Made by a program: the position numbers and the translations under genes. 64,000 nt of DNA, taken from an uncultured Acidimicrobiales bacterium (GTDB lineage: Bacteria > Actinomycetota > Acidimicrobiia > Acidimicrobiales > CAWCAL01). Location: NCBI GenBank assembly GCA_963793475.1, contig CAWCAL010000004.1, positions 221,964-285,963 on the forward strand, written 5' to 3'. Shown piece by piece: positions 37,540-45,578 of the stretch (position 1 is its first letter; every line of letters starts with the position of its first letter). A model generated the notes under the pieces. That model did not search any database. It worked only from the letters and a program-made list of their open reading frames with translations, and was not told the DNA's origin.

Positions 37540-38685
37540 TCAGGCGATCGCTCCGGACTGCCGCAGCGCATCCACCTCGGACGCGTCGAATCCCCAATCG
37601 GTGAGGACCTCGTCGGTGTGCTGGCCCGCGTGGGGCGGTGGCAGGTCGAGCTCCGGCTCGGTGCGACTGAAGCGCGGCGCCGGCGATGGCTGCGTGATGC
37701 CGTGCCGCTCGGCAAAGGTGCCGCGAGCCACGTTGTGCGGATGCTGCGGCGCCTCGCCCAGACCCAGGACGGGAGCGAAACACACGTCGGTGCCGGCCAT
37801 GGTGGCCTCCCACTCGTCGCGCGTCTTCGTCCTGACCACGGCGGCGACCTTCTCCTTCAGGTCTGGCCACTGCTCGCGATCCATCTGGTGGGGTAGCTCC
37901 TCTCCGGCGAGACCGAGCTTGTCGAGCATCTCGGCGTAGAACTGCGGCTCGATGCTGCCGAGAGAGATGTACAGACCGTCCGCGGTCTCGTAGACGTCGT
38001 AGAAGTGGGTGCCGCTGTCGAGCATGTTGGTGCCGCGCTCGTCCTTCCAGAAGCCCATGGCGCGGAAGGCGTGGAACATCGTGGTCAGGACGGCGGCGCC
38101 GTCGACCATGGCGGCGTCGACCACCTGACCACGGCCCGACGTACGCGCTTCGACGATCCCGCAGACCAGGCCGAAGGCGAGGAGCATGCCGCCACCGCCG
38201 AAGTCACCCACCAGGTTGAGCGGCGGGACCGGGGCCTCGCCCCGGCGACCGATGGGATCGAGCGCGCCGGCCAGAGCGATGTAGTTGATGTCGTGACCGG
38301 CCATCGGCGCCCACGGCCCGTCCTGGCCCCATCCGGTCATGCGCCCGTAGACCAGCGCCGGGTTGCGGGCGAGGCAGTCGTCGGGCCCGAGGCCGAGGCG
38401 CTCGGTGACGCCGGGCCGGAATCCCTCGAGCAGCGCGTCGGCCTGCTCGACCAGGCGGAGCACGGTCTCGACCCCTTCCGGCGACTTGAGGTCGACGCCG
38501 ATGGAGCGACGGCCGCGGTTGAGCACGTCACCCGGCGGCTGCTCGGGGTCGCCGCCGCCGGCCTGCGCGGCGCGGTCGAGGCGGATGACCTCGGCGCCCA
38601 TGTCGGCGAGCATCATGGCGCAGAAGGGTCCGGGGCCGATGCCGGCGAGCTCCAGCACCTTCACTCCGGCCAGTGGCCCGGCCAT
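37540..38685 (-). CDS. family III CoA-transferase (CaiB/BaiF); alpha-methylacyl-CoA racemase-like
   Basis: MAGPLAGVKVLELAGIGPGPFCAMMLADMGAEVIRLDR...EGFRPGV...GHDINY; start overlaps the upstream stop by 1 nt. Confidence 0.85.
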   Translation of the reverse strand: MAGPLAGVKVLELAGIGPGPFCAMMLADMGAEVIRLDRAAQAGGGDPEQPPGDVLNRGRRSIGVDLKSPEGVETVLRLVEQADALLEGFRPGVTERLGLGPDDCLARNPALVYGRMTGWGQDGPWAPMAGHDINYIALAGALDPIGRRGEAPVPPLNLVGDFGGGGMLLAFGLVCGIVEARTSGRGQVVDAAMVDGAAVLTTMFHAFRAMGFWKDERGTNMLDSGTHFYDVYETADGLYISLGSIEPQFYAEMLDKLGLAGEELPHQMDREQWPDLKEKVAAVVRTKTRDEWEATMAGTDVCFAPVLGLGEAPQHPHNVARGTFAERHGITQPSPAPRFSRTEPELDLPPPHAGQHTDEVLTDWGFDASEVDALRQSGAIA

Positions 38686-39563
38686 CAGCCCGCCTTTCGG
38701 ACGGTGTCGTGGATGGCGTCGGCGATGGTCGGCCAGTAGGCGCGGGGAAGGTCGTGGGCCATGTCCTCGATGAAGAGTGTCTCGACGTCGGGCAGGACCT
38801 CGGCCGTGCGGTGCCCGCCGCTGACGCTGACCAGCTGGTCGAGATGCCCGTGCACCACCAGCGCCGGCTTGTCGAAGCGGGCCAGGCCCTCCTCCCTGCT
38901 GGGCGAGGTGAGGACGGCCAGGAGCTGGCGGGCCTGACCCGGCGGGTGGTTGCACCGGTCGTACTGCACGGTGATCCGTTCGGTGGCCAGCTCCTCGTCC
39001 CAGTGGTCGGGCGAGGAGATCACCTTGGCCATCTCGACGCCCTGGGCGATGGCGATCTCGCGGTCGGGGGCCTGGGGCTCGACCATCTTGATGACGACGT
39101 CGGGCGACGCCTCACCGACGTGGGACTCGCCGGTGGTCGACATGATCGAGGTGAGCGAGAGTGCACGGTGGGGATGGTCGACCACCACCTGCTGGGCCAC
39201 CATGCCGCCCATCGACGCACCGACGATGTGGGCGACCTCGATGTCGAGGTGGTCGAGGAGCCCGACCGCGTCGTTGGCCATGTCGGCCAGGTGGTAGGGC
39301 GGGTTCACGTCACCGCCGAAGAAGAGCGCCGCGATCTGGTCGTCGGCGTCGGAGCAGACGTCGTGGAACTTGGTCGACAGGCCGACGTCGCGATTGTCGA
39401 ACCACACCACCCGGTAGCCGCGGGCGACGAGGTCGTCGATGAACTCGTCGGGCCAGACGGTCATCTGGGCGCCGAGACCCATGATCAGCAGGATGGCCGG
39501 GTCGTCGGGTCCACCTCGCTCTTCGTAGAAGATCTCGATGCCGTTGACCGATGCCGTCGTCAT
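38685..39563 (-). CDS. alpha/beta-fold hydrolase
   Basis: MTTASVNGIEIFYEERGGPDDPAILLIMGLG (oxyanion HG-like), nucleophile elbow GASMGGMVAQ, C-terminal His (DMAHD). Confidence 0.8.
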   Translation of the reverse strand: MTTASVNGIEIFYEERGGPDDPAILLIMGLGAQMTVWPDEFIDDLVARGYRVVWFDNRDVGLSTKFHDVCSDADDQIAALFFGGDVNPPYHLADMANDAVGLLDHLDIEVAHIVGASMGGMVAQQVVVDHPHRALSLTSIMSTTGESHVGEASPDVVIKMVEPQAPDREIAIAQGVEMAKVISSPDHWDEELATERITVQYDRCNHPPGQARQLLAVLTSPSREEGLARFDKPALVVHGHLDQLVSVSGGHRTAEVLPDVETLFIEDMAHDLPRAYWPTIADAIHDTVRKAG

Positions 39564-39633
39564 GGGCTCAGTCTCTCGGCGACCTGACCACGCGGTCAAG
39601 ACGACAGGTTTCCGAGCGCTACGGTGCGGCCGC

Positions 39634-40071
39634 ATGGACGAGCAGGTTTCCTGCGCACCCTTCGACGCCGTGCCCAATCGGATCCTGCACGACATCATCC
39701 GGTTGCGGATCGACGTGTTCGTCGTCGAGCAGGAGTGCCCCTACCCCGAACTCGACGGCCGCGACGCGGAACCGGGCACGGTCCACTGGTGGGTCACCCG
39801 CGGCGATCGGGTCGTGGCCACGTGCCGGATGCTGGAGGGCGACGGGCCCTCCGAGCACCAGCTGGGCCGGGTGGCCACCGATCCGTCGGTGCGCGGCGGA
39901 CCGACTGCGACGAAGCTGGTCGACGCGGCGTTGGACTCGGTGACCGGACCGGTCACGATCGGGGCCCAGGCCCCGCTCGAGGGCTGGTACGCCCGGTTCG
40001 GTTTCGTCCGGAGCGGCCCCGACTACATGGAGGACGGCATCCCCCACCTCCCCATGCGCCTCGAGAGGTGA
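39634..40071 (+). CDS. GNAT acetyltransferase (ElaA-like)
   Basis: ILHDIIRLRIDVFVVEQECPYPELDG...QLGRVATDPSVRGGPTATKL...YARFGF; ATG at 39634 inside ORF 39538..40071. Confidence 0.75.
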   Translation: MDEQVSCAPFDAVPNRILHDIIRLRIDVFVVEQECPYPELDGRDAEPGTVHWWVTRGDRVVATCRMLEGDGPSEHQLGRVATDPSVRGGPTATKLVDAALDSVTGPVTIGAQAPLEGWYARFGFVRSGPDYMEDGIPHLPMRLER

Positions 40072-40105
40072 ACCCTCCTGGGGTCAGACCCCGAGAGGGT
40101 TCACC
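40067..40105. repeat. palindromic element copy C (11-bp stem GGTGAACCCTC/GAGGGTTCACC)
   Basis: ggtgaaccctc-ctggggtcagaccccga-gagggttcacc. The left arm contains the TGA stop (40069-40071) of the GNAT gene. The loop carries the inner palindrome GGGGTC-A-GACCCC. Confidence 0.7.
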
Positions 40106-40112
40106 TTCCGAG

Positions 40113-40147
40113 TGAGCACTCCTGGGGTCAGACCCCGAGGGTGCTCA
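40113..40147. repeat. palindromic element copy D (stem TGAGCAC/GTGCTCA)
   Basis: tgagcactc-ctggggtcagaccccga-gggtgctca. Shares 21 identical nt (ctcctggggtcagaccccgag) with copy C. The right arm contains TCA = stop of the flavin reductase gene (40145-40147). Confidence 0.7.
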
Positions 40148-40765
40148 GTCGGGGCGGGTGATCTCGAAGATGTCGGTCGCGTGGCTGTACATGTTCCCCG
40201 CATGGCGGCCCACGGCGCCGAGCGCGGCCTGGTCGATTCGCGTGCCGTCCAGGAGATCGTCTTCAACGTGGAACTCGACCGCCTCGCCGATGACCAGCGC
40301 GTTGCCGAAGTCGGGGTGACCGATGTCGACGATGTCGCTCACCGTGCACTCGATGTTGGCCTTGCACTCGCCGACCATCGGCGGGCGGACCGACGATGAC
40401 GGCACGGCGGTCAGGCCCACCGCCTCGAACTCATCGATGGCGGCGGGAAAGGTCGCCGCCGTGGCGTTCATGGCCTCGACCACTTCGCCGGTGACGATGT
40501 TGATGGTGAACTCCGCCACCTCCCGCACGTTCTGCAGGGTGTCCTTGCGGCCGGCCCGACCCGGAGCGAACACGAACATCGGCGGGACACCGGCGACGCA
40601 GTTGAAGAACGAGTACGGGGCCAGGTTCGGCGTGCCATCGGCGGCGAGGCTCCCGATCCAGCCGATCGGACGAGGAACGACCAGCCCGGTGGCCAGCTTG
40701 TACGGATCGACGCCCGAGAGATCGGCGACGGTGAACCGGGTCTTGGGTGTGGCGTCGTGGTCCAC
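40145..40765 (-). CDS. flavin reductase family protein (FMN-binding split barrel)
   Basis: GLVVPRPIGWIGSLAADGTPNLAPYSFFN...PPMFVF; GTG start at 40765. Confidence 0.85.
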   Translation of the reverse strand: MDHDATPKTRFTVADLSGVDPYKLATGLVVPRPIGWIGSLAADGTPNLAPYSFFNCVAGVPPMFVFAPGRAGRKDTLQNVREVAEFTINIVTGEVVEAMNATAATFPAAIDEFEAVGLTAVPSSSVRPPMVGECKANIECTVSDIVDIGHPDFGNALVIGEAVEFHVEDDLLDGTRIDQAALGAVGRHAGNMYSHATDIFEITRPD

Positions 40766-40896
40766 GGGGCTCGCTTTCGTCGGCCGGCGTGCGCCGGCGC
40801 TGGCTTGGGCACCCTATCGACGGCGTCGACCAACGCACCGTGGACCGCCAGAGCGACCGACGACGCCGGGGAACCCGAGGCGATACGGTCCGGCTC

Positions 40897-41793
40897 ATGA
40901 AACCGATCTTCGGCGTCCACACCGGTCTTCAAGACACGTCCATCGCCGAGCTCCGGTCACTCTGGACCCGCATCGAGGAGCTCGGCTTCGACTGGATCTC
41001 GATCTGGGACCACTTCTACGCCGCCGATCTGGTCAGCACCCACTCTCACGAGGCGGTGGCCGCCCACGCCGCGCTGGCCTGTCATACCGAGCGGGTCCGG
41101 TGCGGCTCCCTGGTCTACTGCGCCGGCTACCGCCACCCAGCCGTGCTGGCCAACGCCATCTCGACCATCGACCATCTGTCGGGCGGTCGAGCCGATCTCG
41201 GCCTCGGCGCCGGGTGGGCCCAGCCGGAATACGACGCCTACGGCATCGACTTCCCCGACGCGGGCACGCGGCTCGACCTCCTGGAGGAGGCGATCGTCTG
41301 CATTCGATCGCTCCTCCGCAACGAGGTGACCGACTTCTCCGGCGAGCACTTCACGCTCACCGACGCCCACTGCGACCCCAAGCCGGTGCAGGCCGAACTC
41401 CCGATCTGGGTCGGCGGTGGTGGCGAGAAGCGGACCCTGCGGATTGCCGCCAGGTATGCGGACGGATGGAACGTGCCGTTCGTCTCGCCCGAGACGTTCG
41501 CCCACAAGCGCTCGGTCCTCCACCAGCACGGCGCCGACGTCGGCCGGGACGCTGCGCAGATCCGGTGCGCCGTGAACCTCGGCGTCGCCCCGGACGATGA
41601 CGCGCTGAACCGACAGTTCGGCGCCATCGCCGAGATGGTCCGGCCCGGCGTCCTGATGGGGTCACCCGAGCAGATGACCGACAGCATCGGGCGCTACGCA
41701 GACGCCGGCGTCGACCAGATCAACCTGGCCATGCGGGCCCCGTGGGAGCACGACCTGCTGGAGACCCTTGGCGAGACCATCTCCCGGATGTAG
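40897..41793 (+). CDS. luciferase-like (LLM class, probably F420-dependent) oxidoreductase
   Basis: MKPIFGVHTGLQ...GFDWISIWDHF...HPAVLANAISTIDHLSGGRADLGLGAGW...IWVGGGGEKRTLRIAARYADGWN. Confidence 0.85.
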   Translation: MKPIFGVHTGLQDTSIAELRSLWTRIEELGFDWISIWDHFYAADLVSTHSHEAVAAHAALACHTERVRCGSLVYCAGYRHPAVLANAISTIDHLSGGRADLGLGAGWAQPEYDAYGIDFPDAGTRLDLLEEAIVCIRSLLRNEVTDFSGEHFTLTDAHCDPKPVQAELPIWVGGGGEKRTLRIAARYADGWNVPFVSPETFAHKRSVLHQHGADVGRDAAQIRCAVNLGVAPDDDALNRQFGAIAEMVRPGVLMGSPEQMTDSIGRYADAGVDQINLAMRAPWEHDLLETLGETISRM

Positions 41794-42070
41794 GGCCCCA
41801 CGCGAGGGCCTCGCCGACCGGGCCGGCGTGAGCAGAGCCGCATTCGACGGCGAGTGGCTGGTAGTGGTCAAACGAGGAGGGATCCTCGATGAGGGTCGTC
41901 GCCCGCTGGGCAAGCTGCCCGAGGTCTCCGTCCGTGCTCCCACCGGCCTTGTGCGCCGGCTGCCTGGAGCAGGCCGCCTGTCGAGTGGTTCGTGAGAGGT
42001 GAGTTGAGGCGCACCAGATCTGGGCACGGAGCGGCCGCGATGGCTCAGGCTGGGCGATATCGGACGCTGC

Positions 42071-42262
42071 ATGGCCGACGACCGGCGAGGAGTAGACGTG
42101 ACCACCCACACCGAACAGGTAGCCGGCACCGAGGCTCTCAGGCGTGTGTACGACATGAGCTTCGGGCGGGTCTATCCGATGTACGTCGAGAAAGCTGAGA
42201 ACAAGGACCGCACCAAACGCGAGGTGGACAAGATCCTGCGCACCTCGACCGACCGGTCGTGA
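42071..42262 (+). pseudogene. truncated DUF2200-like remnant
   Basis: RRVYDMSFGRVYPMYVEKAENKDRTKREVDKIL matches my recollection of the DUF2200 N-terminal block (SMSFASVYPxYVxKAEKKGRTKxEVDEII). The ORF then diverges and stops after ~10 more codons. Confidence 0.4.
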
Positions 42263-42563
42263 ACGGCGGCAAGATGCCCACCCTCAGAACGATGTGAGAC
42301 GTCGTTCGGTCCGTCCTGCCGACGAAGCGGACCGATTTGAACCCCCACGTCCCGGCCAGCGTGCACCAATGACACCCCACGGTGGGGTCTCGTCGGGTGC
42401 TCGGGGGAACCGGCGCGGAAATAGCCTGAGGTATGCCGACGCCGCTACCAGCTCCCGGCCGCGAGAACCTCGCAATGCCGGACCTCGACGAGATCAACTT
42501 CGTCGCACTCGGGATTCGCTCCGGCTGCATCGACGGCCCGAGCTCACGCCGCTGCAGCTCACG

Positions 42564-43568
42564 GTGCTCGACGCCCTCACCGAGTCGATGACAGGCGTCA
42601 AGGTCGATCTCGATCAGTTCGAGCCGATCACGGCCGCAGCGTTCGCCGAGGGCCTCGCAACCCGAAACGAGATGTTCCGGACCAGGCTTGTGCACGTCAT
42701 CGAGTTGGGTCGGATGATCTTGCCCGACCCTTCGCCGGAAGTATCGGCCCGGGTGATCGAGTTCGCAGCCGAGCTCTCGCTGTCCGACGATCTCATCTCG
42801 CACATGCGCGAGTACGTCGCCACGTCCAAGCGACTCGTTGCCAACGACATCGACCGCAGTGCCTACATCAGCAACCTCGACCTGTCGTCGTTCACGCCGC
42901 TGCAGTCAGCCGACGACAACGTCTATGCATGGACCAACACCGTCGTGCGTGAACCGCTCGCCAAGAGGTGGCGTGCGCTCGGCGACCTCGAACCCGGAAC
43001 GCTCGGGCGCTCTGTGTTCAACTTCTACCGGGCTCGGGGATTCCGCTTCCCGGGCGAGGCAGGTTCTGCGCCTCCGATCCTCGCGCAACACGATTGGGTG
43101 CACGTCCTGGCCGACTACGGATCGACCGTGGAGTCCGAGCTCGAGGTCTTTGCGTTGATGTCGCGAGCGAGCCACGACCCCATGGCCTTCACGCTGCTTG
43201 CGATGGCGATCAACCTCTTCGAGACGGGCGGGCTCGAAAGCGCAGCGGGGATCTTCCAGGCCGACGCAGGTCACCTGGCCAACAACGGCGGCATGCCCAC
43301 CCGGCTCGGCGACGCGTTCCGTCGCGGTGCTCTCACCGTCGGCCAGCCCGAGTTCTTGGCCACGGACTGGTGGTCACTTGCCGATAAAGCGATCGAGGAG
43401 GTGCGCCAGCACTTCAATGTCGTTGCGAAGTCCGAGCGTGCGATTGCCGGTGGCTCGGTCGGCCCCTGGGAGCCAGGTGGGATCTCACCGTTTCAAGACG
43501 CAACCGGCCGACAGCTCGCCGAAACCGAGGGCTGGGACTACGACAGCTTCGGAGCTTCGGTGCTTTGA
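42564..43568 (+). CDS. Coq4-family-like protein (HDxxH-x11-E motif); start uncertain
   Basis: Part of ORF 42294..43568. AQHDWVHVLADYGSTVESELEVFAL carries HDxxH followed 11 residues later by E. The first ~90 codons of the ORF are Arg-rich junk. Candidate starts: GTG 42564 or ATG 42588. Confidence 0.55.
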   Translation: MLDALTESMTGVKVDLDQFEPITAAAFAEGLATRNEMFRTRLVHVIELGRMILPDPSPEVSARVIEFAAELSLSDDLISHMREYVATSKRLVANDIDRSAYISNLDLSSFTPLQSADDNVYAWTNTVVREPLAKRWRALGDLEPGTLGRSVFNFYRARGFRFPGEAGSAPPILAQHDWVHVLADYGSTVESELEVFALMSRASHDPMAFTLLAMAINLFETGGLESAAGIFQADAGHLANNGGMPTRLGDAFRRGALTVGQPEFLATDWWSLADKAIEEVRQHFNVVAKSERAIAGGSVGPWEPGGISPFQDATGRQLAETEGWDYDSFGASVL

Positions 43569-43785
43569 ACACAGCAACCGACCCGCCCGCCCGGACGGCT
43601 GAGCCTGGACCAGGTCATCCTTTCAGCGCGTGGGTGCTGGAACACCTCCCCGATCCGGCAGCGAACGGCAACAGGCGGCAGGGAACGGCATCCCGCGGCA
43701 TCTTGCGACGGGCCGAAACGCGATGTGCCGCTCGCTGCCGCTTCTTGCCGCTAGCAAACCATTTGCAGCGTGACACCCTGCGGCG

Positions 43786-44131
43786 CTACCGGGGAACGTC
43801 GAGGATGAGGCCGAGCACCTCTCGGATCTGTACCAGTACCGCGCCTCCGACATTGCCACGCGTGTTCTCGATGCGGCTCGAGGCAACGGCGCGGCATGTG
43901 TTGGCACTGAGCCGCCGACGCGCCGTCCAACCCATTCTCGGGATCAGCCTCGAGCTCCACTTCGGACTCGAACCCGCGAAGCGCAGAGGTCACCGGGACG
44001 ACCTGAACCACACTCGGATCGGCGTCGAGCACCCGCTGCGCCGTCACCACAACCGCCGGATGACGAAAGCCCGCTTCTCGTCCAGCCGGCAACCCAAGGT
44101 CGATGTCAACAACGTCACCCGAGGTCAGCAT
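43786..44131 (-). pseudogene. mazF: PemK/MazF-family toxin, 1-nt frameshift as given
   Basis: MLTSGDVVDIDLGLPAGREAGFRHPAVVVTAQRV...VVQVVPVTSALRGFESEVEL...ASAAQCQH, then the frame is lost at about 43893-43899. The +1 frame gives RAVASSRIENTRGNVGGAVLVQIREVLGLILDVPR*. 345 nt after removing one base. Confidence 0.75.
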
Positions 44132-44309
44132 CGAGCCAGCTGACCTCCTCAGCGGTGAGATCGCCACGCAGCTGAGCACCCATCTCATCCTGGCGCAGCC
44201 GCCGTACCGCGAGCGCCACCGTGTCCCCCACCGTGGCGCCAAGAGAAGCTGCGAGCTTCTTCAGCTCCTGATGGGTCGAGGCGTCGATACGCACGCTCGT
44301 ACTCCGCAT
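44115..44309 (-). CDS. RHH/CopG-like antitoxin of the mazF-like gene
   Basis: 64 aa: MRSTSVRIDASTHQELKKLAASLGATVGDTVALAVRRL (ribbon-helix-helix pattern). Overlaps the toxin start by 17 nt. Confidence 0.65.
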   Translation of the reverse strand: MRSTSVRIDASTHQELKKLAASLGATVGDTVALAVRRLRQDEMGAQLRGDLTAEEVSWLDADLG

Positions 44310-44338
44310 ACGATTATGTTAGCAGATCTGCATACACT

Positions 44339-44356
44339 GTCGTTTCAGTCGTTTCA
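44339..44356. repeat. tandem 9-mer GTCGTTTCA x2 upstream of the antitoxin gene
   Basis: gtcgtttca-gtcgtttca read directly, 30-47 nt upstream of the antitoxin ATG (44309). Also a GCATAC direct repeat at 44306 and 44330. Confidence 0.35.
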
Positions 44357-44547
44357 GCGGCATGCAATCTGACGAGAACGGTTCTCCCCCCGGCTCGCCC
44401 GACGCCTCGATCTCCCCCCTGAAACAAAGGGAGACGACACCGTCCCGCTGGCGTTGGCATGGTCTTGATCCGGTCCTCGAGGCGGCGCTCCCGTTCATGT
44501 CACTCGGCGCCATGACACCACGCCGAAGCTCGGCCCTTGATCTATTT

Positions 44548-44559
44548 TCAGATATCTGA
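44548..44559. promoter_or_regulatory. perfect 12-bp palindrome TCAGATATCTGA next to a GATAAT -10-like box; candidate PadR operator
   Basis: tcagatatctga (44548-44559) then gataat (44561-44566), 5 nt before the padR ATG (44572), in an unusually AT-rich stretch. Spacing suggests a leaderless or very short-leader transcript. Confidence 0.35.
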
Positions 44560-44571
44560 TGATAATGAGTC

Positions 44572-44928
44572 ATGCCTCGTCGTCGACCCGGGTCACTGCT
44601 TCCTCTCGAGGTTGGGATCCTCTCCGCGTGCCTCGAGGCCGGGGAGGCCGGCTCGCACGGGTTCGCGTTGGCCAAAGCGATCGCAGATGCCGGCGACTCA
44701 CGTGAGTTGACCGCCACCGGCACCATGTACCGGGCGCTGCACCGCCTCGATGCGGCCGGACTGGTCGAGAGCTGGTGGGAGGACCCCAATGAGGCCGCTG
44801 ATGCCGGCCGGCCCCGCCGGCGCAGCTACCGCATCACCCGCGCTGGGGCTGCCGCGTTGACCAAAGTCCGCGACGAGACGACCAACACGGTTGCGTTCAC
44901 GCGAGCCAATCCGGGGCTCGCGACATGA
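44572..44928 (+). CDS. PadR family transcriptional regulator
   Basis: LEVGILSACLEAGEAGSHGFALAKAI...TMYRALHRLDAAGLVESWWE...RRRSYRITRAG: the PadR winged-helix pattern. Confidence 0.85.
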   Translation: MPRRRPGSLLPLEVGILSACLEAGEAGSHGFALAKAIADAGDSRELTATGTMYRALHRLDAAGLVESWWEDPNEAADAGRPRRRSYRITRAGAAALTKVRDETTNTVAFTRANPGLAT

Positions 44929-45578
44929 ACGCTGGACACGGTGATCGGTCGATCCGGTTCGCTCGGTGGTGGGTTCGGCGCTACACCGCCGGCCTCCCTA
45001 CCCATGAGAGCATGTCGCGTCGAGCCGAGATCGACAGCGACCTGGCGGAACATCGCCAGCACCGCGCGCTCGAAGCATGGACTCCGAGCCAGATCGAGCG
45101 AGAGCGTCTCCGCCGCCTCACGCGTGGCATGGCCGCCGACCTGAGCTGGCGTCACGAACTCCTGACCGGCAACTGCCAAGTCCGAGGCCTGGTCAGGGTG
45201 TCGGTCGTGTCGATGACCTCTGTCGCCTCGATGACGCTTGCGCTGTTTCACTTCGTGTTCGCGGCGTATCTGCTCGGCTCCACCTCCCTCGCTGACCAAC
45301 GGTTCCTCGGCGGGCTCGACAACTACGCCGAGGAAGTCGGCAGGCCTGTGGCGAGCGTGGTCGCAGCGCTCATCGTTGCCGGTCTCGGCGTCGTGCTCGT
45401 CGCCGCAAGCCTCGCTCGACCGGTCTCACCCCTCGTCGCCAACGCCGTGACCATGCAGATCGCCGCCGTGGCCGTGCTGTTCTTCTGGCTCGGCGCGTGG
45501 CCCGTCGCCCTGGTCGCGGTCATCGGCTCTGCGATCGACCTCGCCACCCGGGCCTTGAACCCGACACCACAGCCGTGA
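44925..45578 (+). CDS. PadR-associated membrane protein, unknown function
   Basis: ATGA overlap with padR. Soluble N-terminal ~100 aa, then 3-4 hydrophobic helices (MTLALFHFVFAAYLL, VVAALIVAGLGVVLVAASL, IAAVAVLFFWLGAWPVALVAVIG). Confidence 0.6.
   Translation: MNAGHGDRSIRFARWWVRRYTAGLPTHESMSRRAEIDSDLAEHRQHRALEAWTPSQIERERLRRLTRGMAADLSWRHELLTGNCQVRGLVRVSVVSMTSVASMTLALFHFVFAAYLLGSTSLADQRFLGGLDNYAEEVGRPVASVVAALIVAGLGVVLVAASLARPVSPLVANAVTMQIAAVAVLFFWLGAWPVALVAVIGSAIDLATRALNPTPQP

Noticed and set aside
41997-42023. Possible third, inverted, degenerate copy of the 36-bp HNH-end repeat (AGGTGAGTT..GGCGC..CAGAT.TG) at the left edge of the accessory patch. It would make the patch repeat-bounded.
   Set aside because: Only about 21 of 36 positions match, with two gaps, and a 9-mer seed is expected by chance in a window this size. 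Too weak to claim without a statistical alignment.
41720-42109. 129-aa minus-strand ORF and other ORFs filling the 41.8-42.3 kb gap.
   Set aside because: No recognisable family, Arg/Pro/Ser-rich composition, and conflict with the DUF2200-like remnant on the other strand. The region is treated as non-coding or decayed.
42338-42349. Exact 12-mer TGAACCCCCACG shared between 42338-42349 and 47104-47115.
   Set aside because: In 64 kb of biased-composition DNA many 12-mer coincidences are expected, and there is no extended similarity on either side.
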